A stretch of 64,000 nucleotides of DNA from positions 66,679-130,678 of the IMG/VR virus record IMGVR_UViG_3300042305_002533, one strand, 5' to 3'. This document shows positions 37,621 through 48,113 of the stretch, piece by piece; within the stretch, counting starts at the first letter, position 1, and each line of letters begins with the position of its first letter. The notes below the pieces were generated by a model. It worked only from the letters and a program-made list of their open reading frames with translations, was not told where the DNA came from and ran no database searches. This DNA is from a virus. The translations under genes and the position numbers were made by a program.

Positions 37621-38340
37621 ATGAGCGACTACCGGTATGACTACCTATTGGAGAGCCACTTCAAAAAAGAGGCGCTCCTAGGGGCTGCAATGAATGCCGG
37701 CCGGGCAGCAATGGCTGCTGCCCCGGGAGCGCTCACGGCAGTCAAAAACGTCGGCAGCGCCGTCGGTAATGCAGCGGGGAGCGTAGGCCGAGGCATAAAG
37801 AGCGTCGGTAGCGTAGGCGGAAACTTTTTGTCAGGCGCCTTTTTTGGAGGGCCCACCGCTAAAGCCACTACAACTGGGCGGTTGGCAAATTACGCCGGAA
37901 AAGCTACAGCCCTGGCGCCAATCGCTTCAACGGCGCTCCCCAGCGTTCATGCCGGGGGCGCCGGTGGCCCCAGCGCAAACTTACCATTTGCGCAGTTGGG
38001 CGGAAAAACTGCTGCGGCTTCACTCCGTGAAATGGCCTACGTGCACAACATGCAAAAGCATGCTGAGCACGGGGCGCTGGATAAAGCGTTGCATATCGCG
38101 CCGTACGCCGCATGGGCTATTGGCGCGGGGCTTGAAGACACGAGCATCGCCAAAAACTACCCAGTGCTCCCCAAACTCTTTAGTGGCGGGGCTTACGCCG
38201 GATACGCGCTGAACTCAATACGTAACGCGTACACAGACCCCAAAGAGCGCATCACCGGAGCCATAGACGCCTTCTCACTTATGGCAATGCTCGGCGCAGA
38301 CGTTGCGCGGTGGCGCCGCCCAGAACCTGTAAGCCACTAA
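37621..38340 (+). CDS. putative virion internal protein (KxA modules, hydrophobic)
   Basis: KEA, KTA and KHA motifs; Gly/Ala-rich; lies between sheath and tube genes. Confidence 0.6.
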   Translation: MSDYRYDYLLESHFKKEALLGAAMNAGRAAMAAAPGALTAVKNVGSAVGNAAGSVGRGIKSVGSVGGNFLSGAFFGGPTAKATTTGRLANYAGKATALAPIASTALPSVHAGGAGGPSANLPFAQLGGKTAAASLREMAYVHNMQKHAEHGALDKALHIAPYAAWAIGAGLEDTSIAKNYPVLPKLFSGGAYAGYALNSIRNAYTDPKERITGAIDAFSLMAMLGADVARWRRPEPVSH

Positions 38341-38355
38341 CATTAGGAAAAAGCA

Positions 38356-39138
38356 ATGACAACCTATCCCATCGGTGTCACAAAAAGCCTCGGCACGTGG
38401 AACTTTCAGAAGCACCACGTCGAGCGCATGCTCGATAACGCGACCTACGACGCGGTCCATCCGGATGACACCCTCATCCTGGCTGGGCCGGCCCGGCGTG
38501 GCGTGGCGTTTCCTTCGACGCCGCGCACCCTCATGGCGCTGGGAATGTTTCAATCCTTCGGGATGCAAACTCAGGCGCCCGTCGCACCCGTCATGGGCAT
38601 CGGCTCTGGCCGTAGCTTCTTTCTTCGCGGAAAGTCGCAGTCAAGCTGGAACCTTCAGCGCGTGATGATCAACGGCCGTAACCTCCTTCGGGCGCTGTAC
38701 CACAACGCGACCGAAGTAGCCGGCCTGAGCCCCGACTTGTTTGATGACCCTGCGTCGCTCGCGCGTAACTCGCAGTTCTTCATCAACCTGGATTCGGAGC
38801 TCTACTACATCCCCTTCGGCCTAGCGGTGATCATGCGCACCAAGAGCCGCACGCTTGTCGCGGGCTGCTACCTTGAGCTCTGCATGATCAACAGCTACGG
38901 CTCGCAGATCCAGGCGGGCCAGAGCATGGTCGCTGAGATGGTGTCGGGCATGTGCGACCGCATCCTGCCGTTCCAGGCGAGCGACAGCATCTCGGGGATT
39001 GAAGGTAACGGCCGCGCCGCGATGGACGCGGTTCTTGGCCTCGCCGGAAATACCTTCCCAGAAGCCAACGTCCGAGAGATCCAGACCTTTGCTGACGATG
39101 CGCTCAGCAACGGAGATGTCAACATGGTCTCCGGCTGA
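38356..39138 (+). CDS. tail tube protein (putative)
   Basis: 260 aa beta-rich protein after the sheath; MGIGSGRSFF, CYLELCMINSY. Confidence 0.65.
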   Translation: MTTYPIGVTKSLGTWNFQKHHVERMLDNATYDAVHPDDTLILAGPARRGVAFPSTPRTLMALGMFQSFGMQTQAPVAPVMGIGSGRSFFLRGKSQSSWNLQRVMINGRNLLRALYHNATEVAGLSPDLFDDPASLARNSQFFINLDSELYYIPFGLAVIMRTKSRTLVAGCYLELCMINSYGSQIQAGQSMVAEMVSGMCDRILPFQASDSISGIEGNGRAAMDAVLGLAGNTFPEANVREIQTFADDALSNGDVNMVSG

Positions 39139-39149
39139 TACTATGGGGC

Positions 39150-40688
39150 ATGGCCCCTCCTCGCCGACAGCGCCCTTCCGAACAGCTCCCCACCCGCCAA
39201 GACCCGCTGATTCCGAACCCCCAGAGCTTTGCTATGGGGGGTGCGGCCACGGCTGGCCCCGCGAACATCATCGAGCGGGGCGTGATCATGGCGGTAGACG
39301 CCCAACGCCAGATATACCGTGTTCGCCTCAACAGCGGGCGCACGCTGATGATGGCGCGAATCCGAAACCATCTTGGCGACGTAAATGTTCTCCCCGTGGG
39401 GGCCTTCGTCGCTGTTACCTTCGGGCTGGGGCTCCCATACATCATGGGGGTGCTGCCACCAGAATCGTCAAACACCCAAGAAGAAAACCCCATCACCGTG
39501 ACGGACACGGAAGGCTATGGGGGAAACGACCCGCTTTTAGCAAGAAACATGGGCGCTAGCTCCCGTGGGCGAGATGAGCCCCGAGACATGGTCCCGGGGG
39601 ACTTTGTAGGGCTCAGCCCCGACGGCGCCTCCGTCGCGGCGCTTCACGGAAAAGTCGCACAGATCCGGGGCTCGGCACTCGCCAAGGTTCAGGCTTTTGG
39701 CGACCGCGATCTCGTACAGATCGTGGCCGGTACGATACGGACGCTGTCGTGGATGGGCGAGTCCCGGATTGAAAATAACGACGGAAAGACTTCGTTCATT
39801 TGGCGCGGCGGCTGCGACCAGCTCTCCCAGACCGGCCCGGACGAAGAGCGATACACCATCAAGCTCGACGTCGGCGACACCGGAAACATGATCAAGCTCG
39901 AAGTCTGCAATCGCGAAAATCAAGCAGTCTTCAGGTTTCACGTCGACCCTCAAGGGCAGTGTGAGCTTTTTGCGGCTGGCGGCTTTAACCAGCACTCAGG
40001 GGCGGACGCCAATCAAACGCACCCGATCCGATACAACGGCACGACACAGACCGAAGTTACGGGAGGCGCTACGCGGACGGTGCAAGGGCCGGTGCAGGAA
40101 ACTCATCAAGCCAGTCGCACCGAAGAAGTCACCGAGAACTACAACCTGACCGTCGGCCAGGACTTCGTAGTTCAAGCCGGTCGGGACCTACGGCTGACCG
40201 CCAGCGGTAACGGTTACGAATTCATTACCGGCGACAAAACCTCAACGAGTAGCGGAGACTACAAGATGGAGGTTGTAACGCCGGGTAAGGTTCACGCCGT
40301 GAAAACAACGGCTGGCGAGGCGTCCGTCGAAACCGCCACCGGCAATTTCCGCGTGACGACACAGGGCGGACAAGTACTATTGGATGCCGGATTAGGCCTT
40401 GCCCGAGTGGAAGCCACTCAGATTGTTTTAGCCGCAGGGTCCGGCAGCATTGGGCTAAGCGCGCCCGCCGGCAGCATCACCATCGGTGACAACGCAAGTT
40501 CCGGCGCTACCAAGTGGGAGGAGCTGAACACGGCGATCCAGGCCATGGCGCAACAGATTTCTTCACTAAACGCTCTGGTCGCATCGCACGTTCATGGGGC
40601 TACCTCGACATCGGCGACGTTGGCCCCTCTCGCATCCCCTGTGAGCGTCAATCTCCAATCCGCGCGCAGTGGCGTCCGCCTAGGTTGA
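39150..40688 (+). CDS. baseplate central spike (gp5/GpV-like)
   Basis: N-terminal OB-like segment, 8-residue beta-helix repeats, C-terminal HVHG metal-binding tip. Confidence 0.7.
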   Translation: MAPPRRQRPSEQLPTRQDPLIPNPQSFAMGGAATAGPANIIERGVIMAVDAQRQIYRVRLNSGRTLMMARIRNHLGDVNVLPVGAFVAVTFGLGLPYIMGVLPPESSNTQEENPITVTDTEGYGGNDPLLARNMGASSRGRDEPRDMVPGDFVGLSPDGASVAALHGKVAQIRGSALAKVQAFGDRDLVQIVAGTIRTLSWMGESRIENNDGKTSFIWRGGCDQLSQTGPDEERYTIKLDVGDTGNMIKLEVCNRENQAVFRFHVDPQGQCELFAAGGFNQHSGADANQTHPIRYNGTTQTEVTGGATRTVQGPVQETHQASRTEEVTENYNLTVGQDFVVQAGRDLRLTASGNGYEFITGDKTSTSSGDYKMEVVTPGKVHAVKTTAGEASVETATGNFRVTTQGGQVLLDAGLGLARVEATQIVLAAGSGSIGLSAPAGSITIGDNASSGATKWEELNTAIQAMAQQISSLNALVASHVHGATSTSATLAPLASPVSVNLQSARSGVRLG

Positions 40689-40740
40689 CTTATACTTTCC
40701 GGCAGCGAGTCACCGCATGACGCGGGGCCGCTGGAGAGCT

Positions 40741-42432
40741 ATGAGCAACGCAATCATTACAGTCACGGCGTATGGCAACTCTGCGATGTCCGACCTTCTC
40801 GGCATCGAGGCCTACGCCAAGCCGGGCACCTGGGTAAGCCAGAACTTCAGCTTCGGCGTCACCGTTTCCTTCCAGGTCACGGGCGGCGTCTGGTCGCGTC
40901 TGCGCCCACAGCTCAACGCCATGGCCAACCGCCGCATCCCGGCGATGGACAGCAACGGCGTTCTGTTGGGCACGGGCAAGACGCAGCCGGCCCTTTCCTA
41001 CTCGATGGAGTGGGTCCCCGGCGATCGCCCGCGCGTGCACCGTGCACTGATCGGCGTAGCCGGCGGCACGGCGGCGGTTGCGGCGACTGGCCGGATTGAA
41101 ACCGTTGAAGGCGCCGCGATCAGCGACGGCGAGACATTCATTCTCAACGACGGCGTGAACCTGGCAACGACCTTCGAGTACGACAGCGGGGGCGGCGTCA
41201 CTCCGGGCAACATAGCGATTGCGTTTACCGCACTTGAGTCTGCGGCTACCGTGGCGACAAACACGGCCAACGCCATCAACGGCGTGGTCGCGGGCCTAGC
41301 TATCACGGCCGCCGCGTCGGGCACGGTCGTCAACCTGACCAACGACGCCACGGGCCTCGCGGGTAACGTCAACATCATCAACAACACCGTCATGGACGTA
41401 GCGGGCATGTCGGGCGGGGCTTCGGCCGCGACGGCGACAAACCTCTCGATCGCCGCCCCAGGCGACATCACGCTGGCCGGCACCAACCTCCTCGCCGGAA
41501 CACGCGCTGCGTCGGTACTTCAGACCTGGAGTGCGGCCTACAGCTACGGCAACCCGGGAACGCGGACGTTCACGCCGGCTGTCGACGCCCTTCGGCTAGA
41601 GGCGGTTCTAACGGGGCCGTTCGGTAACAAGGTCTGCTACACCATCGAAGCTGCGTCGGGCGCTGGCAGCGTAACGACGCGCCTCATCGAAAACGACGAC
41701 GCCCACATCACTGTCGTCCCTGCGGCCGGCGCGTCGAACTCCACGGCCATCGCTGCACAGATTGCGGCAGACCCCCTCGCAGGAAACTTCATCTCGGCCA
41801 CAGCCCTTGTGCCGAACTCGGCCATCAGCCCGACCAGCACCCGCCAGCTCCCGGGCGTAAGCCCCGGCGGCATTACGCCGTCGAGCGCGGGACAGGTCAA
41901 CCGGGTTTACCTTGAGGGTGGCGACGGCGGCGGGCTCGCCATGCTCATGGTTCCCGTCGTGGCGGGCGACCCCACGAACATGCTCCTCCTGGTGAGCACG
42001 CGGGCGGGCAACGATCGGAACCTGATCACCCTCACCATCACGATCAACTCGGGCGTACCGATCGCGACGACGGTGAGCGGCAACAACATCACCGTAGCGC
42101 TTCAAGGCGCTACCGCCACGCTGGCGGCTATCGCAGGCAGCATCAACGGGACGGCAGCTGCTCGGGCGCTCGTTGAGGCCCAGGACCAAGGCGTCGGCAG
42201 CCTCGGCGCGCTTGCGAAGTCGTGGCTCTACGGCGGTGGCGGTGAGCCGGCGGTTGCAACCGTCGCTGGCGCTGCGGCAACCATTCGCTCGCAAAGCGAC
42301 GGCCAGATGGTGCTCCGTACCACCAACCCGGCGCTCGTGGCTGCCGGCGCAGTAGTAGGCGAGCTCGCGGCCGTACAGGTTCAGATGAACTACGGCCTGG
42401 TCGCGGCCGACATCGGCGCGCTCGTCGCCTGA
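40741..42432 (+). CDS. virion structural protein with sheath-insertion-like beta domains
   Basis: GGAGAG RBS; Ala/Thr/Gly-rich; repeated ITV..A..IN segments. Confidence 0.65.
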   Translation: MSNAIITVTAYGNSAMSDLLGIEAYAKPGTWVSQNFSFGVTVSFQVTGGVWSRLRPQLNAMANRRIPAMDSNGVLLGTGKTQPALSYSMEWVPGDRPRVHRALIGVAGGTAAVAATGRIETVEGAAISDGETFILNDGVNLATTFEYDSGGGVTPGNIAIAFTALESAATVATNTANAINGVVAGLAITAAASGTVVNLTNDATGLAGNVNIINNTVMDVAGMSGGASAATATNLSIAAPGDITLAGTNLLAGTRAASVLQTWSAAYSYGNPGTRTFTPAVDALRLEAVLTGPFGNKVCYTIEAASGAGSVTTRLIENDDAHITVVPAAGASNSTAIAAQIAADPLAGNFISATALVPNSAISPTSTRQLPGVSPGGITPSSAGQVNRVYLEGGDGGGLAMLMVPVVAGDPTNMLLLVSTRAGNDRNLITLTITINSGVPIATTVSGNNITVALQGATATLAAIAGSINGTAAARALVEAQDQGVGSLGALAKSWLYGGGGEPAVATVAGAAATIRSQSDGQMVLRTTNPALVAAGAVVGELAAVQVQMNYGLVAADIGALVA

Positions 42433-43011
42433 TCAGCGCTTCCGCTTCGCGGGCTTGCGATCTGATCCGACACCCGGCAGCACAGGAACCTGCGTTGCCG
42501 GGTGCTCCGTCGGATCTTCCGACGACCCGACTAGCTCTTCCCCTCCAAAAAGCTCTTCCTTGTCCCCGGTTGCCATCTGAATGGCGAGTTCGGTCGGCGT
42601 GATCGGCGTCGTCGCCTTCTCGGCCTCTGTCTGCACGTGATCGTGCTTTTCGACCGGCGGGGCTTCAGCAATGACAACTTCATCTATCGCTGTGGGCGCC
42701 TCCATGGCGGCGCCATCAACGTCAATCTTCCCGCCGGGACCGGGCGGGGCGACGCGCGGAGCGTAATCGAGAGACGCCATGGTGGCCACGTCCGGCGCTC
42801 GGAGCGTCAACTCAAGGTCAAGATCGTCCCCGTGATCGGTATCGACCTTGGTCACCCGAAGGAACACTTCCAGGCGCTTGTCGCCAAGGAACACTTCAAG
42901 CGGAAGCTCGGTGAGCCTACGCGGAAACTGAAAGTGCAGGACCTCACCGGTCTGGATGCTGCGGATGTGGCCCGAGAGGCCGCCTGTCTCATGTTGAACC
43001 GAAAGCTTCAT
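42433..43011 (-). CDS. hypothetical protein
   Basis: 192 aa, converges exactly on the upstream gene stop. Confidence 0.6.
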   Translation of the reverse strand: MKLSVQHETGGLSGHIRSIQTGEVLHFQFPRRLTELPLEVFLGDKRLEVFLRVTKVDTDHGDDLDLELTLRAPDVATMASLDYAPRVAPPGPGGKIDVDGAAMEAPTAIDEVVIAEAPPVEKHDHVQTEAEKATTPITPTELAIQMATGDKEELFGGEELVGSSEDPTEHPATQVPVLPGVGSDRKPAKRKR

Positions 43012-43025
43012 GTATACTGTCCTCT

Positions 43026-43211
43026 ATGAGTGACCCGGACACGCCTCACGGCGTGAAAATTCTCGCGGCTGCGGGCGAGATGATTTTGAGAGTACACCGG
43101 CTAGAGTTATTGTCCAAACTCGCTCGCGCCAAAGCCCAAATGGACGCCATGGCAAAAGCTACAAAGGAGACCCCTCGTGACGTGGACATCGGAAACCCCG
43201 AGCGCTCCTGA
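43026..43211 (+). CDS. small hypothetical protein
   Basis: TATACT 7 nt upstream of ATG; 61 aa. Confidence 0.45.
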   Translation: MSDPDTPHGVKILAAAGEMILRVHRLELLSKLARAKAQMDAMAKATKETPRDVDIGNPERS

Positions 43212-45018
43212 GTCCCTGACGACGATCGGCAATCAGATCGCCACCCAGTTAAACGTCGCCGCAACCACCTTGCAAACTGCAAGCGCTGCGGCGCGAGCAG
43301 CGTCGCTCTTTGCCTTGCAGCAAGAAGAGGCCACGGCAACCCTCGCCAACATTGCAATTCAAACAGCAATCAATACCGTCAACGGGCTTCTCGACACGTT
43401 ACTTGACGCCACAGGCGTTTACGTCCTGCCAATCCCGCTCCCGAAGATAGGCCTCGCCAAATACCTCCCGGTAGACACTCCGCCTCAATACAGTCAGGCG
43501 TTATTGGCCCGCCCCAGCGAAGAAGGTCAGCGCCTCATCACGGCGCCAACCAACACCGTGGCCGAACAACTACCGGGAACGGCCCGCGAGGACTTAGAGC
43601 AAAACCCTATCTGGCAGCAGTTCGTCAACCCCGCATCGGTGATGTTGGGCGGCAACCCGTACATTCTTAAAACAATATCAGAAGCCCTTTACGACCGCCG
43701 TGATGTCAACCGCCCTCGGCTCAATCAGACGGCATACTGGGGCTACATGCTCAGCATCGCCGGGGCGAGCGATGTTACGTCCATCATGAACACGGCGATA
43801 TATTTTTCGCGCCTCATCCGATCACTAGGGAACGCCAATACGGTTAGCCCCGACGGCGGATTGGCGGACATTATCCCAGAAAATGTAACAGCTACGCTGT
43901 CGGGGCGTGGCGGGTTCGCTGTAATCCAATGGGATCCGATCGCCGTAAGCCGGACGCTACGCAGCTACGATGGCTCAACGGTCACAATTACAAAGTACGC
44001 AGTAATCCGCGCCAAAGGCCTGCAAGCCCGTACCGCACGCGGAACTGAAGAGCTCTTTACGGGTAACGCTAAAGAGCTGACTGAAGAGCAACGCGGGCTC
44101 TTTGACGCCGTCGTCCTCAAAGTCGCTGACTACGACGGCGTTACGACTCGCTACGTCGACGAGAGTGCGCTTGAGGAGAACACCGCGTACTACTACTTCG
44201 TAGCTTTTGCCACAAAAATTGTTCCGGCGATTTCTCCGGTTTTGGACGTCAACAATGAGCCTCTACCGGACCAGGCGATTACTCAGGCCCTCGGGTTCAA
44301 TCGATTGTCGAGTGCGGCGGAGTTCCGAAAGCCTTCACCGCGTGAAAATCCTCAGCTCTTGAACGTGAACCGCCTCGGCACGGCCCCCGATTGGATGAAG
44401 TGTGCAGGGGCAATCGGTATGGTCCCACCGCTCAATCGGTTCGTTGGCCAGCTGCAAGAGTTTCTCAACGGTCTTGCGGCAAGGGCGACCAACCTGTCTT
44501 CCGTCAACAGCCAATACATTGCGTTCTTGAATCGACAAGTTTCGCTTTATGAAAGTAAAGCCAACGAGATCTCACAAAAGATTCAAAACCTAACGCGCTA
44601 TTTCGACCCCGGGCAGTTACAAGCGGGGCTTCACACAACGTTTCGAACGGGAAACGGGGCGGTACCGTCACTCGTAGCGGATGTCGCCATCGCCCTGGGC
44701 GAAAGCAACGACCCCAACTGGCCGCCATTTACTCAGGGCGACGAGTTCGTTGCGGGCTTCATGGCGCTGGCCGTCGCCCCCAACGCAGCGGCGATAGATC
44801 CCGTAATCGAACTTCTGAAGCTTCTCTTCGCGCCAACAGCGGGGGCTGACCCGGTGCTTCAGGGGATCGAGTCGGTCAATACTCAGTTGGCCACTGCCGA
44901 GGCCAACCTCATCGCCCAGATTACGGGCGGTAGCGGGCTGCCGGCGGTGCCGGCAAACACGTTCAATCAGGATTTGACGGCGCGTGCCCCGGGGCAAGGA
45001 GACTCAACGTGCGATTGA
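43177..45018 (+). CDS. putative baseplate/virion structural protein
   Basis: AAGGAG RBS before GTG; 613 aa; Fn3-like central YVDE..YYYFV. Confidence 0.65.
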   Translation: MTWTSETPSAPESLTTIGNQIATQLNVAATTLQTASAAARAASLFALQQEEATATLANIAIQTAINTVNGLLDTLLDATGVYVLPIPLPKIGLAKYLPVDTPPQYSQALLARPSEEGQRLITAPTNTVAEQLPGTAREDLEQNPIWQQFVNPASVMLGGNPYILKTISEALYDRRDVNRPRLNQTAYWGYMLSIAGASDVTSIMNTAIYFSRLIRSLGNANTVSPDGGLADIIPENVTATLSGRGGFAVIQWDPIAVSRTLRSYDGSTVTITKYAVIRAKGLQARTARGTEELFTGNAKELTEEQRGLFDAVVLKVADYDGVTTRYVDESALEENTAYYYFVAFATKIVPAISPVLDVNNEPLPDQAITQALGFNRLSSAAEFRKPSPRENPQLLNVNRLGTAPDWMKCAGAIGMVPPLNRFVGQLQEFLNGLAARATNLSSVNSQYIAFLNRQVSLYESKANEISQKIQNLTRYFDPGQLQAGLHTTFRTGNGAVPSLVADVAIALGESNDPNWPPFTQGDEFVAGFMALAVAPNAAAIDPVIELLKLLFAPTAGADPVLQGIESVNTQLATAEANLIAQITGGSGLPAVPANTFNQDLTARAPGQGDSTCD

Positions 45019-45130
45019 GGTTGACTACACCCGTAGGCTTTTACGAAGCCAACACCCTCACCGGTTTGATCTGGGAAGTAATCCGCCATAGGTTCGAGCA
45101 CCTTTTGGCCGGAGATGGATGGGTAGACTG

Positions 45131-45439
45131 ATGCCGACGTATGACTACGCCTGCGAAAGCGGGCACCGACACGAACACTTTTGCAAGATTGCCGACCGCC
45201 CCACGCACCGCGAATGCCCTGAGTGCGGCGCTGAGGCGAAGTTTATCCTGTGCGCCCCCGCGATCGTGACCAATATCGTGGTCGACTACCCCGGCTCAAA
45301 GAAGTTCAAAGCGGGGTACATCCACTCGCACGGGGATCGTAAGGGAACAAAGATCCAGGTCGGCGCAGGCGGCAAGATCACGCCGTCGGACGAAGCGCCC
45401 TCGACAGACGGCGCGATCTGGAAGAACCCCCTAGGCTGA
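45131..45439 (+). CDS. FmdB-family zinc ribbon protein
   Basis: MPTYDYAC..GH...CPECG signature. Confidence 0.75.
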   Translation: MPTYDYACESGHRHEHFCKIADRPTHRECPECGAEAKFILCAPAIVTNIVVDYPGSKKFKAGYIHSHGDRKGTKIQVGAGGKITPSDEAPSTDGAIWKNPLG

Positions 45440-45799
45440 CGGCATATCGCCGGGCAGGCGCGAGAGCTCGACGCTCATACGCATCAGGTTCAGCACCCGC
45501 TCCAGAAACTTCCGCAGATGCTCCTGCCCCTCCTCCGTAGTCTCTCGCCGGGCGAGATGACTGGTCAGTCCCAGCCAAAAGTTGAAAAGCGGCTCAAAGG
45601 ACAGCTCGTTTCCCGTCGAGCCCTCGATGGCCGAAAAGGACATCGAGACCTGATCGGAATCGAGCAGAAGGCGCATGAGCACAAGGGCGTCGGCGGATAC
45701 ACCGTTACTAGCGGCCGCGTCTTCTTCTGAGACCCCGCCCTCTTCACGGCGATCGATGACGCGGATCTCTATCGGGCGGCGCTTCGTCATATCAAACAT
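45431..45799 (-). CDS. hypothetical protein
   Basis: Only the 3' 122 codons of the listed ORF; TATGGT 6 nt upstream of ATG 45799. Confidence 0.55.
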   Translation of the reverse strand: MFDMTKRRPIEIRVIDRREEGGVSEEDAAASNGVSADALVLMRLLLDSDQVSMSFSAIEGSTGNELSFEPLFNFWLGLTSHLARRETTEEGQEHLRKFLERVLNLMRMSVELSRLPGDMPSA

Positions 45800-45891
45800 G
45801 GCGGGACCATAACATGGGACGTGTTTGAGCCAAAAGAAAACCGCCCCTTGAGAGGTGCGCCGGACGGCGCGGGGCGGCAACCCGGGACGGG

Positions 45892-46845
45892 TCAGAGGAG
45901 AGCGAGCTGCGCGAGGCGCAGCGCGGACGCCTTGGACTTGGCGCCGCAGATGAAGCGGCCGGGGTGGCAGAAGGCGCCGTCCGGGAGATCGACGGCGGCC
46001 GAGAAGGCTTCGTCCCGCAGCCCGGCCCAGGCCTCGGGGAGGAGGCGTCGGCTCTCGAAGGTGCCAGGCTTGGCGTTGATGGCCTGGACCATCCACGTGC
46101 CGGTCTCGCTCGGGAAGACGCAGAACAAGGCCGCAGGGGCCTCGTCGCGAACCTGGTCCCCCCAGGGGACGAACCGATCGAGGACCACGACCGGCCCGTT
46201 GTCCGAGGCGTCGATGGCCTTGGCCACGACGGCCTTGGCGAGGGCGTCGCCGAGTGCCGAGGCGACCGCGTTGCGCAGGATGGCCTGCGCGAAGTGGACG
46301 GCCTGCAGGAAGCAGGCCTCGAAATCCTTCTCGGCCATGTGCCAAGACGGGTTGAACCCGCTCAGCACGCTGGAGATCGAGACGGTCGAGACGCCCTCGA
46401 ACGAGGGCCGCCCGCCCTCGTAGAGGTTCTGCCCGTTGTCGACCGCGTCGACGGGCTGGACGAGCTCCGTGTCGACCTGCAGGCCGACCGACGAGAAGTG
46501 CCCCTCGGGCACTCCGAGAGCGGTCATGACCCGGGAGGCGTAGTGCCTCCAGACGAGTCCGAAGCTAGAGAACAGGACACCGTTTTCACGGCTCCCCGCC
46601 CTCCCCTTCTGGTGGTGGTCGAAACGCCCCCGGTCGGGGTCGTACTCGCCGCCAACGTCGACCACGACGTTGGCGGCGGCCAGCTTCACCGGGTCGCGGG
46701 TGCGGACGACCGCGGCATCGGGGTATAGAACCCGCAGCGCCGCGACGGCCAGGACATCATCGGCGTGGAACACGCCGTCGTGCGTCGCGATGACGCACGA
46801 GTTGAGGGTGGAAACGATGGGCCCAGAAACAGACTGGAGAGTCAT
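45892..46845 (-). CDS. MYG1: MYG1-family exonuclease (DHH-like metal-dependent hydrolase)
   Basis: THDGVFHADD, DVGGEYDP, FDHHQ, SSFGLVW, DAVDNG, FCHPGRFI. Confidence 0.92.
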   Translation of the reverse strand: MTLQSVSGPIVSTLNSCVIATHDGVFHADDVLAVAALRVLYPDAAVVRTRDPVKLAAANVVVDVGGEYDPDRGRFDHHQKGRAGSRENGVLFSSFGLVWRHYASRVMTALGVPEGHFSSVGLQVDTELVQPVDAVDNGQNLYEGGRPSFEGVSTVSISSVLSGFNPSWHMAEKDFEACFLQAVHFAQAILRNAVASALGDALAKAVVAKAIDASDNGPVVVLDRFVPWGDQVRDEAPAALFCVFPSETGTWMVQAINAKPGTFESRRLLPEAWAGLRDEAFSAAVDLPDGAFCHPGRFICGAKSKASALRLAQLALL

Positions 46846-46895
46846 ATGAACTTATACCCGCGTGCCCCCCCCCATTTTTTTACTACACTTCCCTC

Positions 46896-47696
46896 ATGTC
46901 GATCGTCATCAACGGCAAGAAGATCGAGACCCCCGGGCTGCAAACCATCTCGTGGCTCGACGATCCAAAGGTCCCGCAAGCCACGGATTTCAATCCACGC
47001 GCGATGTGGATTCGCGCCATCGTTCTTCACACGGTCCACGGAAAATCTGGCCGGCTTCTTCCGGGGCTCTCCAAGCCCTCGTCCCGCGCTAAGAGCTACG
47101 CGCGATACCAGGCCAACACAGCGCGCAAGGTTTCGTGGGACTACACCGTCGGCACCGATGGGACGATCATCGCATCCAACGACCCCGTCAAAACGTACAC
47201 CTGGCACGCGGGGGACGTGAACCCCTACACCGTTGGTATCGAGTTCGTCCAAGAAGACAACGGCGATCTCTACGAAGGCCAGATGGACGTCGTGGTTCGT
47301 TTTCTCGACGTCCTCACGCGAGAGCTAGCTGACGCCGGACACCCCATCCAGCGGCAAGTGCCCATGACCTCCAACGGCGAGCCGGTCAAAGGTGTCATCG
47401 CTCGCATCGAAAATAACGACAGCGCCAAGCAGGTTGTCGGCATCTACGGCCACCGCAACCAGACGGGGCAAAAACCTGTCGGCGACCCCGGAGACGCCAT
47501 CTTTCACGCGCTCCTTCGCGCGGGCTACAAAGGCTTCAACCTCGACGCCAAAGACGACATCACTTTCTGGAAAGACGTGCAGGCCCGTCTTGGCCTATCC
47601 CCCGCCGACGGCATCCCTGGCCGAGCGACGCAGCAAGCGCTCCTCAATGCCGGGAACCCCCACGGGCTTTGGGTTGAGCGCCCGGGCGACCGCTGA
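46896..47696 (+). CDS. endolysin, N-acetylmuramoyl-L-alanine amidase (Amidase_2) with peptidoglycan-binding domain
   Basis: IVLHT, WHAG, N..VGIE, GHR; C-terminal VQARLG..DGIPGRATQ. Confidence 0.85.
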   Translation: MSIVINGKKIETPGLQTISWLDDPKVPQATDFNPRAMWIRAIVLHTVHGKSGRLLPGLSKPSSRAKSYARYQANTARKVSWDYTVGTDGTIIASNDPVKTYTWHAGDVNPYTVGIEFVQEDNGDLYEGQMDVVVRFLDVLTRELADAGHPIQRQVPMTSNGEPVKGVIARIENNDSAKQVVGIYGHRNQTGQKPVGDPGDAIFHALLRAGYKGFNLDAKDDITFWKDVQARLGLSPADGIPGRATQQALLNAGNPHGLWVERPGDR

Positions 47697-47729
47697 TTTC
47701 ACCCCGTGAAAGACTACACTTAAATCACC

Positions 47730-48113
47730 ATGGCCAAGATCACGCTGACCGGAAACCTCTTCATTCAGCTCGCGGGCGAGTCCAAGCCGGCGCCGCTGCC
47801 CTTGAACCTTGAGCTTGACTACACCGAGAAGTCGGTCGTCGATTACGTCTGGCCCTCGAACCAGACAAACCTCGCGCTAAGCCAGGGCACCGTCACCGCG
47901 CCGCGCTTTATCGTAGTGGAGGTCACCGAAGGCAACCTCCTGCTATCCACGAGCGCGGCGGGCACGGGCGCCATGCAGTTCAATGCGAACCCCACGCCCC
48001 AGGCTGGCGACTCTCCGGCACGCGGCATCATGTTCACGTACAACGCGAGCGCCGCGCAATACTACGCAACCACGTCGGGCCCGACGCGGGCAAAGATCTG
48101 GTTCTTTGAGTGA
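47730..48113 (+). CDS. putative small virion structural protein
   Basis: 127 aa beta-rich; TACACT upstream. Confidence 0.6.
   Translation: MAKITLTGNLFIQLAGESKPAPLPLNLELDYTEKSVVDYVWPSNQTNLALSQGTVTAPRFIVVEVTEGNLLLSTSAAGTGAMQFNANPTPQAGDSPARGIMFTYNASAAQYYATTSGPTRAKIWFFE

Noticed and set aside
34692-40688. Tailocin, eCIS or T6SS locus
   Set aside because: Portal, prohead protease and major capsid genes are present, indicating a full phage.
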